A stretch of DNA of 64,000 bases from an uncultured Chloroflexia bacterium (GCA_963715245.1 CAVQRM010000002.1:219692-283691), one strand, 5' to 3'. Counted from the stretch's first letter, positions 1-8,406 are shown. Translations and numbers: made by a program. The notes: generated from the letters alone by a model not told the origin.

Positions 1-1
1 C

Positions 2-613
2 ATCTCCCGCGAGGCGGCGCTCGAGCGTTTCCGCGCCACGCAGGAGGCGCAGGGCCGCCAGGACCTCACGCAGTACCTCGAGTCGAACCCGCTGTACGCG
101 AGCCTCAACGTGAAGCTGACGGACCCGTCGGTGCTCGAGACCGTGTCCGACACGCTGGACGAGGATCCGATCGTCCGCAACGTGCTCAACATCACGGCGC
201 TCGTGAACCGCGTCCTGACGGTCACCGACTTCGTCAGGACGGCCGGCGTGGCGATGGTGGGGATCGTGGGCCTGATCGTGCTGTTCATCATCGTCAACAC
301 GATCCGGCTCGCCGTCGTGGCCCGGGCCGAGGAGATCGAGATCATGCGCCTGGTGGGGGCGTCCGACGCGTTCATCCGCTGGCCCTTCGTGTTCGAGGGA
401 GCGCTCGTCGGGCTGCTGGGCGCGCTCATCACGCTGGGGCTGCTGTACGCGGGCTCGGAGCCGCTGTCGCAGGCGATGGTCGGGTTCTTCAACGTCCTCC
501 CCCTCGAGCTCGGCTCCGTGGCGTCCGACACCGCGCTGCTCGTGTTCGGGACGGGCGTGGGCCTGGGCGTGCTGGGCTCGTGGCTGTCCGTCCGGACGTA
601 CCTCATCAGGTAG
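2..613 (+). CDS. ftsX: Cell-division ABC transporter permease FtsX, C-terminal part (5' end outside window)
   Basis: Frame is open from base 2 (ISREAALERF...NVKLTDPS...). IVNTIRLAVVARAEEIEIMRLVGASDAFIRWPFVFEGALVG plus the following TM helices match the conserved FtsX C-terminal region. The ORF-track start at 110 is an internal GTG. Confidence 0.85.
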   Translation: MSREAALERFRATQEAQGRQDLTQYLESNPLYASLNVKLTDPSVLETVSDTLDEDPIVRNVLNITALVNRVLTVTDFVRTAGVAMVGIVGLIVLFIIVNTIRLAVVARAEEIEIMRLVGASDAFIRWPFVFEGALVGLLGALITLGLLYAGSEPLSQAMVGFFNVLPLELGSVASDTALLVFGTGVGLGVLGSWLSVRTYLIR

Positions 614-658
614 CCGCCGGAGGCCCGAAACCGGCAGCGGCTGTACGCTGGCGAACCC

Positions 659-1975
659 ATGGAACCTGAGCTCGAGGATATTGGCCAACCACAGGCCGAC
701 CCCTCCCCCGTGACGGCACCGGTGAGCACGACGTCCCGGCGGGCGACCGTGCTCGTCATCGCGCTCGCGATCGTCGCCGTCCTCGCGGGGAGTGCGCTGT
801 TCGTCTCCGGCTGGACGCTCGGCCGCCAGTCGGCGCTGACGCCCGGGACGCCCGCCGCCGAGGCCGAGGACTTCCAGCCGTTCTGGGATGCCTACCGTGC
901 CGTCACCGAGCGGTACGCAGGCGGCGAGGTCGATCGGAAGGCCCTCATCGAGGGCGCGATCAAGGGAATGATCGGCGCGCTCGAGGATCCGTACTCGAGC
1001 TACCTGACCTCGGACGAGTTCCGGGACAGCCTTCGCTCGATCTCCGGGGAGTTCGAGGGGATCGGCGCGACGATCGGCACCGTGGACGCCGGCGGCGCCA
1101 CGTCCACGTGCTCCGAGCTGGCAGCCGACTGCCGCCTGGTCATCGTCGCCCCGCTCGCGGGATCGCCGGCGGAGCAGGCGGGGCTGCAGGCCGGTGACGT
1201 CATCGACGCGATCGACGGCGAATCGCTGAACGGACTCACCGTCGAGCAGGCGCGCGACCGCGTCCGCGGGCCGAAGGATACGGCCGTCGTGCTCACGATC
1301 GACCGCGGCGACGAGCCTCCCTTCGACGTCGAGATCGTGCGCGCGGTCATCGTCACGCCCGAGGTCCAGACGGAGAGCCTCGCCGGCGGGGCCGTCGGCT
1401 ACGTGCGGCTGACCGGGTTCTCGGACCATGCGGCGGAGCAGCTCGACGAGGCCGTCCGGGCAGCGGTCGAGGCCGGTCAGACGGCCCTCATCCTCGACCT
1501 GCGGGGCAACCCCGGCGGGTACATCACGGCTGCCCGGGAGATCGTCAGCGAGTTCCTCGGGGAGGGAACGATCTTCTGGCAGGAGGACGCCGATGGGTCG
1601 CTCGTGGAGACCGTCGCCACGCCCGGTGGAGCCGCGACCGACCCATCGATCCGGCTCGCGGTGCTCGTTGACGGCGGCTCGGCGTCGGCCTCCGAGATCG
1701 TCGCCGGAGCGCTGCAGGACAGCGGCCGCGCGACGCTCGTCGGCACGACGACGTTCGGCAAGGGCACCGTCCAGCAGTGGACGCAGCTGGAAGGGGACCA
1801 CGGCGGCTTCCGGCTCACGATCGCCAAGTGGCTCACGCCGGACAGGACGTGGATCCACGGCACGGGGATCAGGCCGGACGTGGAGGTCACCGAGGCGCCG
1901 GAGCAGCCCGGCGACGATCCGGTCCTGGACGCGGCGCTCGAGGTCCTCGGCGTCGCGTCGACGGGCTCCCGGTAG
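659..1975 (+). CDS. S41 family C-terminal processing peptidase with PDZ domain
   Basis: 438-aa ORF with an N-terminal TM anchor and a PDZ-like segment (GSPAEQAGLQAGDVIDAIDGESLNG). S41 signatures are present: LILDLRGNPGGY, GSASASEIVAGALQD, TTFGKGTVQ. Confidence 0.85.
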   Translation: MEPELEDIGQPQADPSPVTAPVSTTSRRATVLVIALAIVAVLAGSALFVSGWTLGRQSALTPGTPAAEAEDFQPFWDAYRAVTERYAGGEVDRKALIEGAIKGMIGALEDPYSSYLTSDEFRDSLRSISGEFEGIGATIGTVDAGGATSTCSELAADCRLVIVAPLAGSPAEQAGLQAGDVIDAIDGESLNGLTVEQARDRVRGPKDTAVVLTIDRGDEPPFDVEIVRAVIVTPEVQTESLAGGAVGYVRLTGFSDHAAEQLDEAVRAAVEAGQTALILDLRGNPGGYITAAREIVSEFLGEGTIFWQEDADGSLVETVATPGGAATDPSIRLAVLVDGGSASASEIVAGALQDSGRATLVGTTTFGKGTVQQWTQLEGDHGGFRLTIAKWLTPDRTWIHGTGIRPDVEVTEAPEQPGDDPVLDAALEVLGVASTGSR

Positions 1976-2057
1976 TCGACCTCCCGAGCCGTTCAGCCCT
2001 CGCCCGGCGCGCCCCCGCCACGCATCCTGACGTGGACACACGGCAGGGAGAACGACC

Positions 2058-2606
2058 ATGCATGTCCTCGTCGGATACGCGACGCGTCACGGCGCGACGC
2101 ACGGAATCGCGGAGCGGATCGGCACCCGGTTGCGCGAGGCCGGGATCGAGGCGGACGTGCGGCCGATCGAGGCGGTCCGCGACCCGACTCAATACGACGC
2201 GTTCGTGATCGGCGGCGCCGCGTACATGTTCCACTGGCTGCGGGACGCGACGGCGTTCGTCAAGCGCCACCGCGCGATCCTCGCCGGGCGTCCCGTCTGG
2301 CTGTTCAGCAGCGGGCCACTCGGGACCGAACCGGTGGACGAGAAGGGCCAGGACGTCCTCGTCACGACGATCCCGAAGGAGTTCCCGGAGCTGCGGGCCC
2401 TCGTCAAGCCGCGGGCCGAGCAGGTCTTCTTCGGGGCGTGGGATCCGGCCTATCCCGCCGTCGGCCTGACGGAGCAGCTCGTCCGCCGGATGCCGGCGAT
2501 GAATGACGCGCTGCCCGCCGGCGACTTCCGGGACTGGCCCGCGATCGATGCCTGGGCCGACACGATCGCCGCCGACCTCCGTCCGGTGGCTGCATTGCCC
2601 TCGTGA
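2058..2606 (+). CDS. Flavodoxin-like protein (HemG/flavodoxin_5-like fold)
   Basis: 182-aa ORF MHVLVGYATRHGATHGIAERI...YDAFVIGGAAYMFHW resembles flavodoxin-domain proteins. Specific function cannot be assigned. Confidence 0.65.
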   Translation: MHVLVGYATRHGATHGIAERIGTRLREAGIEADVRPIEAVRDPTQYDAFVIGGAAYMFHWLRDATAFVKRHRAILAGRPVWLFSSGPLGTEPVDEKGQDVLVTTIPKEFPELRALVKPRAEQVFFGAWDPAYPAVGLTEQLVRRMPAMNDALPAGDFRDWPAIDAWADTIAADLRPVAALPS

Positions 2607-2625
2607 ACGTTGCGAAAACGAACGC

Positions 2626-2798
2626 TTGACCGCGGCAGCAGCCATCGGGTACGGTCGGTTGCGAACGAAAGGAGGTGATGTGCAGTGATCGACAGTAGTA
2701 GTTACTGCACCACCTCGGCGGAGACCGGCCTCTAGAGTCGGTCCCGGCCGGGTGGTCGGTAGCATTCGAACGCCGGTCCGGAAACGGACCGGCGTTCG
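2626..2798 (+). other. Candidate small transcription unit (sRNA or 16-codon mini-ORF) upstream of smpB
   Basis: TTGACC (2626-2631), 18-nt spacer, TACGGT (2650-2655). AAAGGAGG at 2668-2675. GTG 2685 to TAG 2735 encodes MIDSSSYCTTSAETGL. An imperfect 13-bp hairpin (2672-2717) pairs the SD/start with CACCTC. The unit ends in a strong hairpin. Confidence 0.3.
2767..2798 (+). terminator. Terminator-like hairpin (14-bp perfect stem, GAAA loop)
   Basis: CGAACGCCGGTCCG-GAAA-CGGACCGGCGTTCG. There is no U-tract, which is common in high-GC genomes. Confidence 0.5.
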
Positions 2799-2910
2799 TG
2801 CGTCCGGGGCAGGTCGCCCCGCGCAATCCCGCCCGTGCCGCCGACCCGTGGCACACTTCGGGCCCGCACGGCACCACCCGCCGGGCCGGCCCGCGAGAGG
2901 AGCACCAGCC

Positions 2911-3372
2911 ATGGGCGAGACGATCGCCCAGAACCGACGAGCCCGCCACGAGTACAGCATCGAGGACACCTTCGAGGCTGGCATCGTCCTGCGCGGGACC
3001 GAGATCAAGAGCGTCCGGGCCCACAAGGTGAGCCTGGCAGACGCCTACGCGCGCATCGAGCGGGACGAGGCGTGGATCGTCGGGCTGCACATCGCGCCGT
3101 GGGAGTCCGCCGACGTCCGGTTCAACCACGAGCCAAAGCGCGCCCGCAAGCTGCTCCTCCACCGCCACGAGATCGACGAGCTGCTGGGCAAGACGAAGGC
3201 GAAGGGCCTCACGCTGGTGCCGCTGGCGATCTACATCAACGACGCCGGCAAGGCCAAGCTGAGCCTCGGCCTCGCCCGCGGCAAGCAGACCTGGGACCGC
3301 CGCCGCGAGATCCAGGAGCGGGACGCGAAGCGCGACACGGAGCGCCAGCTCGCGGACGCCCGCCGGCGGTAG
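2911..3372 (+). CDS. smpB: SsrA-binding protein SmpB
   Basis: ATG 2911 follows GAGAGGAG. MGETIAQNRRARHEYSIEDTFEAGIVLRGTEIKS... is the canonical SmpB N-terminus. The longer ORF-track start (2752) only adds R/P-rich sequence. Confidence 0.9.
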   Translation: MGETIAQNRRARHEYSIEDTFEAGIVLRGTEIKSVRAHKVSLADAYARIERDEAWIVGLHIAPWESADVRFNHEPKRARKLLLHRHEIDELLGKTKAKGLTLVPLAIYINDAGKAKLSLGLARGKQTWDRRREIQERDAKRDTERQLADARRR

Positions 3373-3426
3373 GCGGGCGGTAGGCTTCGGGCGACGGCCG
3401 ATCGTGCCGTCGGCAGGAGGACGACG

Positions 3427-4479
3427 ATGCGGCTCGCGCGGATGCTCCAGGCGGTGGACGCGCACGCGGCGGGCGAGCCCGGGCGCGTGATCGTGGGCGG
3501 CGTGCTCGACGTCCCGGGCGCGACGATGTTCGAGAAGATGCGCCACCTCGCCGAGCACGGCGACGAGCTCCGGAAGGTGATGCTCCGCGAGCCGCGCGGG
3601 TACCCGGCCCTGTGCGCGAACGTGATCCTCCCGCCGACGCACCCCGATGCCGACGCGGGATACGTGATCATGGAGCAGGTCGAGTACCCGGGCATGTCCG
3701 GCACGAACACCATCTGCGTCGCAACGACGCTGCTCGAGACCGGCATGCTGCCGATGCACGAGCCGGTGACCGAGATCACGCTCGAGGCGCCCGCCGGCCT
3801 GATCCGCATCCGCGCAACGTGCGCCGGCGGCAAGGTCACGGGCGTGACGTTCCGCAACGTGCCCGCCTTCGCGACCCACCTCGACACGCCGATCGAGGTC
3901 CCGCAGCTGGGCACCGTCGTCGTGGACGTGGCATACGGCGGCATGTTCTACGTCATCGCGGACGCGGAGGCGCTCGGGTTCCGCCTCGTCCCGGACGAGG
4001 GCCGGGACATCACCCGGGTCACCGAGATGATCAAGGCGGCGGCTGCGGAGCAGCTGCCGGTGGTCCACCCGGAGCAGCCCGGGTTTGCCGGGATCACGAT
4101 CGGGCAGCTCTCGGGACCGGCGCACGACCCGCGCAACTCGTGGCGGAACGTGGTGACGGTCTCGACCGGCGAGCTGGACTGGACGCGTCCGTCGACGTGG
4201 ACCGGGGTGATCGACCGGTCGCCGTGCGGCACCGGCACCTGCGCCAAGATGGCGACGCTGCACGCGAAGGGCACGCTGCGCCTCGATGAGGACTTCCGCC
4301 ACGAAGGGATCCTCGGGACGGTCTTCACCGGGCGGCTGCTCGAGGAGACGCGGGTCGGGGGTCGCACGGCCGTCGTCCCGACGATCACGGGCACGGCCTG
4401 GATCACGGGCTTCGCCTCGTACGTGGTCGACCCCACCGATCCGTTCCCGGAGGGCTACACGGTCGGCGACCTCTGGTAG
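3427..4479 (+). CDS. Proline racemase / hydroxyproline epimerase-dehydratase family protein (Ser/Cys catalytic pair)
   Basis: 350-aa ORF with family hallmarks AVDAHAAGEP, YPGMSGTNTICV and IDRSPCGTGTCA. The first catalytic position is Ser (TCC, 3697-3699) and the second is Cys (TGC, 4225-4227). Confidence 0.8.
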   Translation: MRLARMLQAVDAHAAGEPGRVIVGGVLDVPGATMFEKMRHLAEHGDELRKVMLREPRGYPALCANVILPPTHPDADAGYVIMEQVEYPGMSGTNTICVATTLLETGMLPMHEPVTEITLEAPAGLIRIRATCAGGKVTGVTFRNVPAFATHLDTPIEVPQLGTVVVDVAYGGMFYVIADAEALGFRLVPDEGRDITRVTEMIKAAAAEQLPVVHPEQPGFAGITIGQLSGPAHDPRNSWRNVVTVSTGELDWTRPSTWTGVIDRSPCGTGTCAKMATLHAKGTLRLDEDFRHEGILGTVFTGRLLEETRVGGRTAVVPTITGTAWITGFASYVVDPTDPFPEGYTVGDLW

Positions 4480-4499
4480 TGGCGAGGGCGCCGGGCGGG

Positions 4500-6227
4500 C
4501 TACCGCAGGAGGTAGCGGCGGCTGAGCGGAACCTCGGTCACGGGCTTCACGGCGAGCTGCACGCCGTCGATTGACACCGCACCCGTCTGGAGATCGATGT
4601 CGACCGGTGCCGTCGCCCGGTTCGCCACCAGCGAGGAGCGGGTGATCCCGCGCATACCGTCTACCGGGACAAGCGTCCGGCGGGTGCCGAGACGCCGCGC
4701 GAGATCCGTCTGCGCTCGCGGCCCGATCGAGGAGGACACGAACGTCACGGCCACCTTCGCCGCCGCGGTGGAGACGCCCGCCCAGTCCGGCCGGTAGCGG
4801 GTGGGCTCAGCACGCTCCACCGATGCATTGCCTTCGCCCAGGGGTCCCCAGGCCGGGAAGCCGCCCTTGAATACCCACTCGGGCTTGACGCCGAAGAACG
4901 CTGGCTTCCAGAGGACGATGTCCGCGAGGCGTCCGACCTGCAGCGATCCCACGTGGTTCGCGATTCCGTGGGTGATCGCGGGCTCGATCGTCGCCTTCGC
5001 GAGGTAGCGCAGCACGCGCGCCGTGTCGTCGCGATCGTCGGGGTCGGCCAGGCCCGGATCGTCGGGGAGGCCAGGCACGCCGGCCGCTGCGGCCGACCGC
5101 CGCCAGGCCTTCATCACGTGCGCCAGCTGGACCGTCCGCCGCAGCGTCTCGCCGATCCGCCCCATCCCTTGCGAGTCGGAGTTGATGATCGAGATCGCGC
5201 CGAGCTCGTGGAGCGGCCCCTCCGCCGCCATCCGGGCTTCGAGCACGCGCTCGAGGACGAGCGCCACGTCGTCGGGGACGGACCACGAGAGGCCGTGGTT
5301 GAGCACGGTCATCGGCACGTGCTCGGCGGCGGTGTTGATGCCGAACGGGAGCGTGGGCGTCGTGGACGAGCACAGGATCGACGGCTCGCGGACGAGCCCA
5401 AGGAGGTCCGGCACGTGGCCGCCCCCCGTGCCTTCGACGTGGTACGCGTGGACGGTCCGCCCCGCGATCGCCGCGACCGTGTCCTCGAGCTCGGCCGACT
5501 CGTGGAGGCCGTCGGTGTGCAGGCTCACGGATAGGTCGCGCTCGTCGGCGTAGCGCAGGACCCAGTCGATGAGGTCGGGGTACGCGCCGTTGTCCTCGTG
5601 AATCTTGAAGCCAATCGACCCCGCTTCGACCAGCGCGTCGAGGTGACCGGCCTCCATCGCCCGTGCGCCGGCCTGCATCCCGATGTTGACCGGCCACGCC
5701 TCCATCCCCGCGAGCACACGCTCCATCGCGAACGGCGGCTCCTCGAAGCCCGCCGTCACGAACGTCGTCACGCCGCCGGCGAGCGCCGGGGCAAGGAGCT
5801 CGGGGCTGATCGTGTGGACGTGGGTGTCGACGCCGCCGGGCGTCGCGATCAGGCCGTACGCCATGTACGGCTTCGTGTGCGGGCCGATGACGAGGTCGAT
5901 GCCGTCGCTGATCGCCGGGCTCCCGCTCCGCCCGATCCCCGCGATCCGACCGTCCTTGATCCCGATGTCCGCCTTCACGACGCCGATGACCGGGTCGACG
6001 ACGAGCGCGCCGGTGAGCACGACATCGAGCTCCGTCGGTCCGGCGGCCTCGTCCCACTGCGCCATTCGCGAGCGGAGGTTCTTCGCGTAGCCCCAGACCG
6101 GCTCGTCGCCGCGCGCGGTGCGGTCCTCCGCGACCCTGACCCACAGGTCCGTGTCGCCAAGCCGGACCCGGTCGCCGGTGGTCGCGCCGTATCGGATGCG
6201 GTACTCCTCGGCCGAGAGGCGGGTCAT
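4500..6227 (-). CDS. ureC: Urease alpha subunit
   Basis: 575-aa ORF. Active-site contexts are present: GGVDTHVHTI, GFKIHEDNG (carbamylated Lys), LHTDGLHE, YHVEGTGGGHVPD, INSDSQGMGRIGE. Confidence 0.95.
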   Translation of the reverse strand: MTRLSAEEYRIRYGATTGDRVRLGDTDLWVRVAEDRTARGDEPVWGYAKNLRSRMAQWDEAAGPTELDVVLTGALVVDPVIGVVKADIGIKDGRIAGIGRSGSPAISDGIDLVIGPHTKPYMAYGLIATPGGVDTHVHTISPELLAPALAGGVTTFVTAGFEEPPFAMERVLAGMEAWPVNIGMQAGARAMEAGHLDALVEAGSIGFKIHEDNGAYPDLIDWVLRYADERDLSVSLHTDGLHESAELEDTVAAIAGRTVHAYHVEGTGGGHVPDLLGLVREPSILCSSTTPTLPFGINTAAEHVPMTVLNHGLSWSVPDDVALVLERVLEARMAAEGPLHELGAISIINSDSQGMGRIGETLRRTVQLAHVMKAWRRSAAAAGVPGLPDDPGLADPDDRDDTARVLRYLAKATIEPAITHGIANHVGSLQVGRLADIVLWKPAFFGVKPEWVFKGGFPAWGPLGEGNASVERAEPTRYRPDWAGVSTAAAKVAVTFVSSSIGPRAQTDLARRLGTRRTLVPVDGMRGITRSSLVANRATAPVDIDLQTGAVSIDGVQLAVKPVTEVPLSRRYLLR

Positions 6228-6829
6228 CGGCCGGCGGCCTCGCCGCTGCCGGCGCTGCGCACGAGCGTGACGGTCTTCGTCTCGCCGGGCTCCCAGCCGA
6301 CGTAGCCACCGGCCGGGAGGTCCAGCCGGAAGCCCAGCGCGGCCTCGCGATCGAACTCCAGGCGTGGATTGACCCGTTCGAACGGGTAGTGCGACGAGAC
6401 CCGGACCCGCCGCCGGGACCGGCTTGTCACGACCAGCTCACGGGTCTCTCGCCCCTCGTTCACGATGATGTCCGCCGGATCGCCGATCACGAGCGCGCCT
6501 GGTCCGAGCGGGTCCCGCGGCTCGCCGCGGGAGAGTGGATCCGACAGGGCGATCAGCCGCGACCCGTCGCCCAGCAGCACCTCGAGGCGGACCTCGTCGA
6601 GCAGCTCGCGGACGCCGTCCATGACGTCCCGGGGATCGACGGCCAGTCGGCCGGCCGCCTCCACGTCCGCGTAGGCGCCGCCGGCTCGCGCAGCTTCGAG
6701 CATCGCGTCGCAGATGATCGCCACCGCCTCGGGATGGTTGAGCCCGAGGCCGGCGGCGCGGCGGCGGCGCGCGAGCTCGGCCGCGGCGAAGACCTGGAGC
6801 CGCTCTTCTTCCCAGGGGATCAGGCGCAT
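6224..6829 (-). CDS. ureAB: Fused urease gamma-beta subunit
   Basis: 201-aa ORF. The N-terminal half MRLIPWEEERLQVFAAAELARRRRAAGLGLNHPEAVAII is UreA-like. The C-terminal half IVNEGRETRELVVTSRSRRRVRVSSHYPFERVNPRLEFDR is UreB-like. There is a 4-nt overlap with ureC. Confidence 0.9.
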   Translation of the reverse strand: MRLIPWEEERLQVFAAAELARRRRAAGLGLNHPEAVAIICDAMLEAARAGGAYADVEAAGRLAVDPRDVMDGVRELLDEVRLEVLLGDGSRLIALSDPLSRGEPRDPLGPGALVIGDPADIIVNEGRETRELVVTSRSRRRVRVSSHYPFERVNPRLEFDREAALGFRLDLPAGGYVGWEPGETKTVTLVRSAGSGEAAGR

Positions 6830-6917
6830 GGCCGCGATGGTACCGGTCGGCAGCGGTCCGATTCAGCCGTCCGGATGCTCCTCCGCCGGCGGCCAGGGCA
6901 CGCCCATCGTCGCCGCC

Positions 6918-7260
6918 ATGTCCGCCTCCCAGCTCTCGGACAACCCGACCGACCTGCGCTGGTCGGGGGTCATCGCCTGGAGCGTCCGGATGTGCGTGTA
7001 CGCCGCCTGCTCGCGGCCGACGCCCCCGCCGTCTGCTCCTGGAGCGGCGCCGGGGCGGCGACGGCCTGTCCATCGGTGACCTCGCACGCGGGCAGCCGAT
7101 GTCGCGGCAGGCCGTGACGAAGCACCTCGACATCCTTCGGGCCGCCGGCCTCGTGCACGTCCGGCGCGCCGGACGCGAGCGGCTCCACGAGCTGGACCCG
7201 GAGCCGCTCCGCGCGGTCGAAGACTGGCTCGAACCCTACGCCGCGGCGATCGCGGACTAG
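6918..7260 (+). pseudogene. ArsR/SmtB-family wHTH regulator, reading frame broken by 1 nt at a C5 run (as assembled)
   Basis: Frame 1 (7021-7260) reads RRLLLERRRGGDGLSIGDLARGQPMSRQAVTKHLDILRAAGLVHVRRAGRERLHEL..., a clear ArsR wHTH, but has no ATG/GTG/TTG upstream of 7099. Frame 3 upstream reads ...VYAACSRPT, equivalent to the ALADPT motif. Removing one C from CCCCC (7023-7027) joins them as SRPTPRRLLLE. The start is uncertain (6918, 6990 or 6828/6837). Confidence 0.5.
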
Positions 7261-7679
7261 CCGTCCGAGGGATCGAGCCAGCGGCCGAGGACGTGGACCG
7301 GCGTCCGCTCGTAGCCGAGCGCCTCGTAGAAGCCGATCACGGCCTCGTTCGACTCGCGCACCATGAGCTGCACCTTCGGGATGCCACGCTCGAGCAGCCA
7401 CGCCTCCGCGGCTCGCATCATCGCGACGCCCTGCCCCCGGCCGCGCGCACGTGGGTCGACGGCGACGTAGTAGACCCAGCCGCGGTGACCGTCGTGCCCG
7501 ACCATCGCGCTCGCGACGAGCCCGTCGGCGGCGACGCCGACGAGGACGGTCGACGCGGGGCCCGCGCAGGCGCGGTCGAAGTCCGCCACAGGATCGTTCC
7601 ACGGACGGGTCAGGTCGCACGCCGCCCAGAGGGCGACGACGGCGTCGCGATCGGCGGGGCCGGCTGGGCGGATGTCCAC
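7257..7679 (-). CDS. GNAT family N-acetyltransferase (YpeA-like)
   Basis: From GTG 7679: VDIRPAGPADRDAVVALWAACDLTRPWNDP...HRGWVYYVAVDPRARGRGQG... aligns along its whole length with small YpeA-type GNATs. The ORF-track start at 7793 would run into the tetR promoter. Confidence 0.8.
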   Translation of the reverse strand: MDIRPAGPADRDAVVALWAACDLTRPWNDPVADFDRACAGPASTVLVGVAADGLVASAMVGHDGHRGWVYYVAVDPRARGRGQGVAMMRAAEAWLLERGIPKVQLMVRESNEAVIGFYEALGYERTPVHVLGRWLDPSDG

Positions 7680-7707
7680 GGCCCGATTCTCGCGCGAAAC
7701 TCGGGGG

Positions 7708-7736
7708 TTGACACGGTAGTTAGTAGTCACTAACAT
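7708..7736 (+). promoter_or_regulatory. Putative tetR promoter (TTGACA, 17-nt spacer, TAACAT), leaderless configuration
   Basis: TTGACA at 7708-7713 and TAACAT at 7731-7736. The ATG at 7744 lies about 7 nt after the -10 element. The operator 17-mer fills the spacer. Confidence 0.45.
7717..7733. promoter_or_regulatory. TetR operator candidate, copy 1 (TAGTTAGTAGTCACTAA)
   Basis: Contains the inverted repeat TTAGT-N4-ACTAA. An identical 17-mer in reverse orientation lies at 8390-8406. Confidence 0.6.
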
Positions 7737-7743
7737 ACGGCCC

Positions 7744-8359
7744 ATGCCTCGCACGACCATCGCCGCAACGAGCTCGACCGCCGCTTCGAACACCGGCGCC
7801 GGTCACCGGCTGACCGCCGACGAGCGCCGGGTGGAGATCGTCGAGGCCGCGGTCACGGTGTTCGCCTCCGGCGGGCTCCACGGAACCTCGACCGAGGACA
7901 TCGCGCGGCTCGCCGGCGTCAGCCAGCCCTACCTGTTCCGGCTGTTCGGGACGAAGCGGGAGCTGTTCCTCGCCGGCGGCGGACCGCTCGACCGCGCGGA
8001 TCGAGGAGATGTTCCGGGAGGCCGCGCGCCACCCGGCGCCGGACCCGCCCCCGGGCGTCAACCCGGTCCTGATGGCCATGGGACACGGCTACCAGGCGCT
8101 CCTCGCGGACCAGTCCCTGCTGCGGATGCAGCTCCATGCCTTCGCCGCAAGCGACGACCCGGAGATCCGGGCGTTCGTGCGGACCCGGTTCTCGGGGCTC
8201 GTCGCGACCGTCTCCGAGCTCGCGGACGTCCCGGCCGATGCCCTTCGGACGTTCTTCGCCGAGGGCATGCTCCTCAACATCGCCGCGGCGCTCGACCTGA
8301 CCGAGGCCGACGTCGCCTGGCAGCGCATGTGCGAGGGGGTGGCGGCATCGACGACGTAG
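7744..8359 (+). pseudogene. TetR/AcrR-family regulator, frameshifted near 7968-7985 (as assembled)
   Basis: Frame 1 gives the HTH domain (RRVEIVEAAVTVFASGGLHGTSTEDIARLAGVSQPYLFRLFGTKRELFLA) and then R/P/G-rich junk. Frame 2 from about 7970 gives AADRSTARIEEMFREAA...LLRMQLHAFAASDDPEIRAFVRTRF..., a TetR C-terminal domain ending at TAG 8357-8359. The junction is the run CGCCGGCGGCGG. Confidence 0.8.
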
Positions 8360-8389
8360 CGGCCAGCGCCCCCTTTTTGCCCACTGAAC

Positions 8390-8406
8390 TTAGTGACTAC
8401 TAACTA
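8390..8406. promoter_or_regulatory. TetR operator candidate, copy 2 (reverse complement of copy 1), upstream of the MFS gene
   Basis: TTAGTGACTACTAACTA is the exact reverse complement of 7717-7733. It lies 50 nt upstream of the MFS ATG. Confidence 0.6.

Noticed and set aside
6863-7087. Minus-strand 74-aa ORF as an independent gene
   Set aside because: Its high third-position G+C phase is equally explained by the plus-strand N-terminal frame of the ArsR-like gene, which gives a coherent full-length regulator after a 1-nt correction. It is kept only as an unresolved alternative in the findings.
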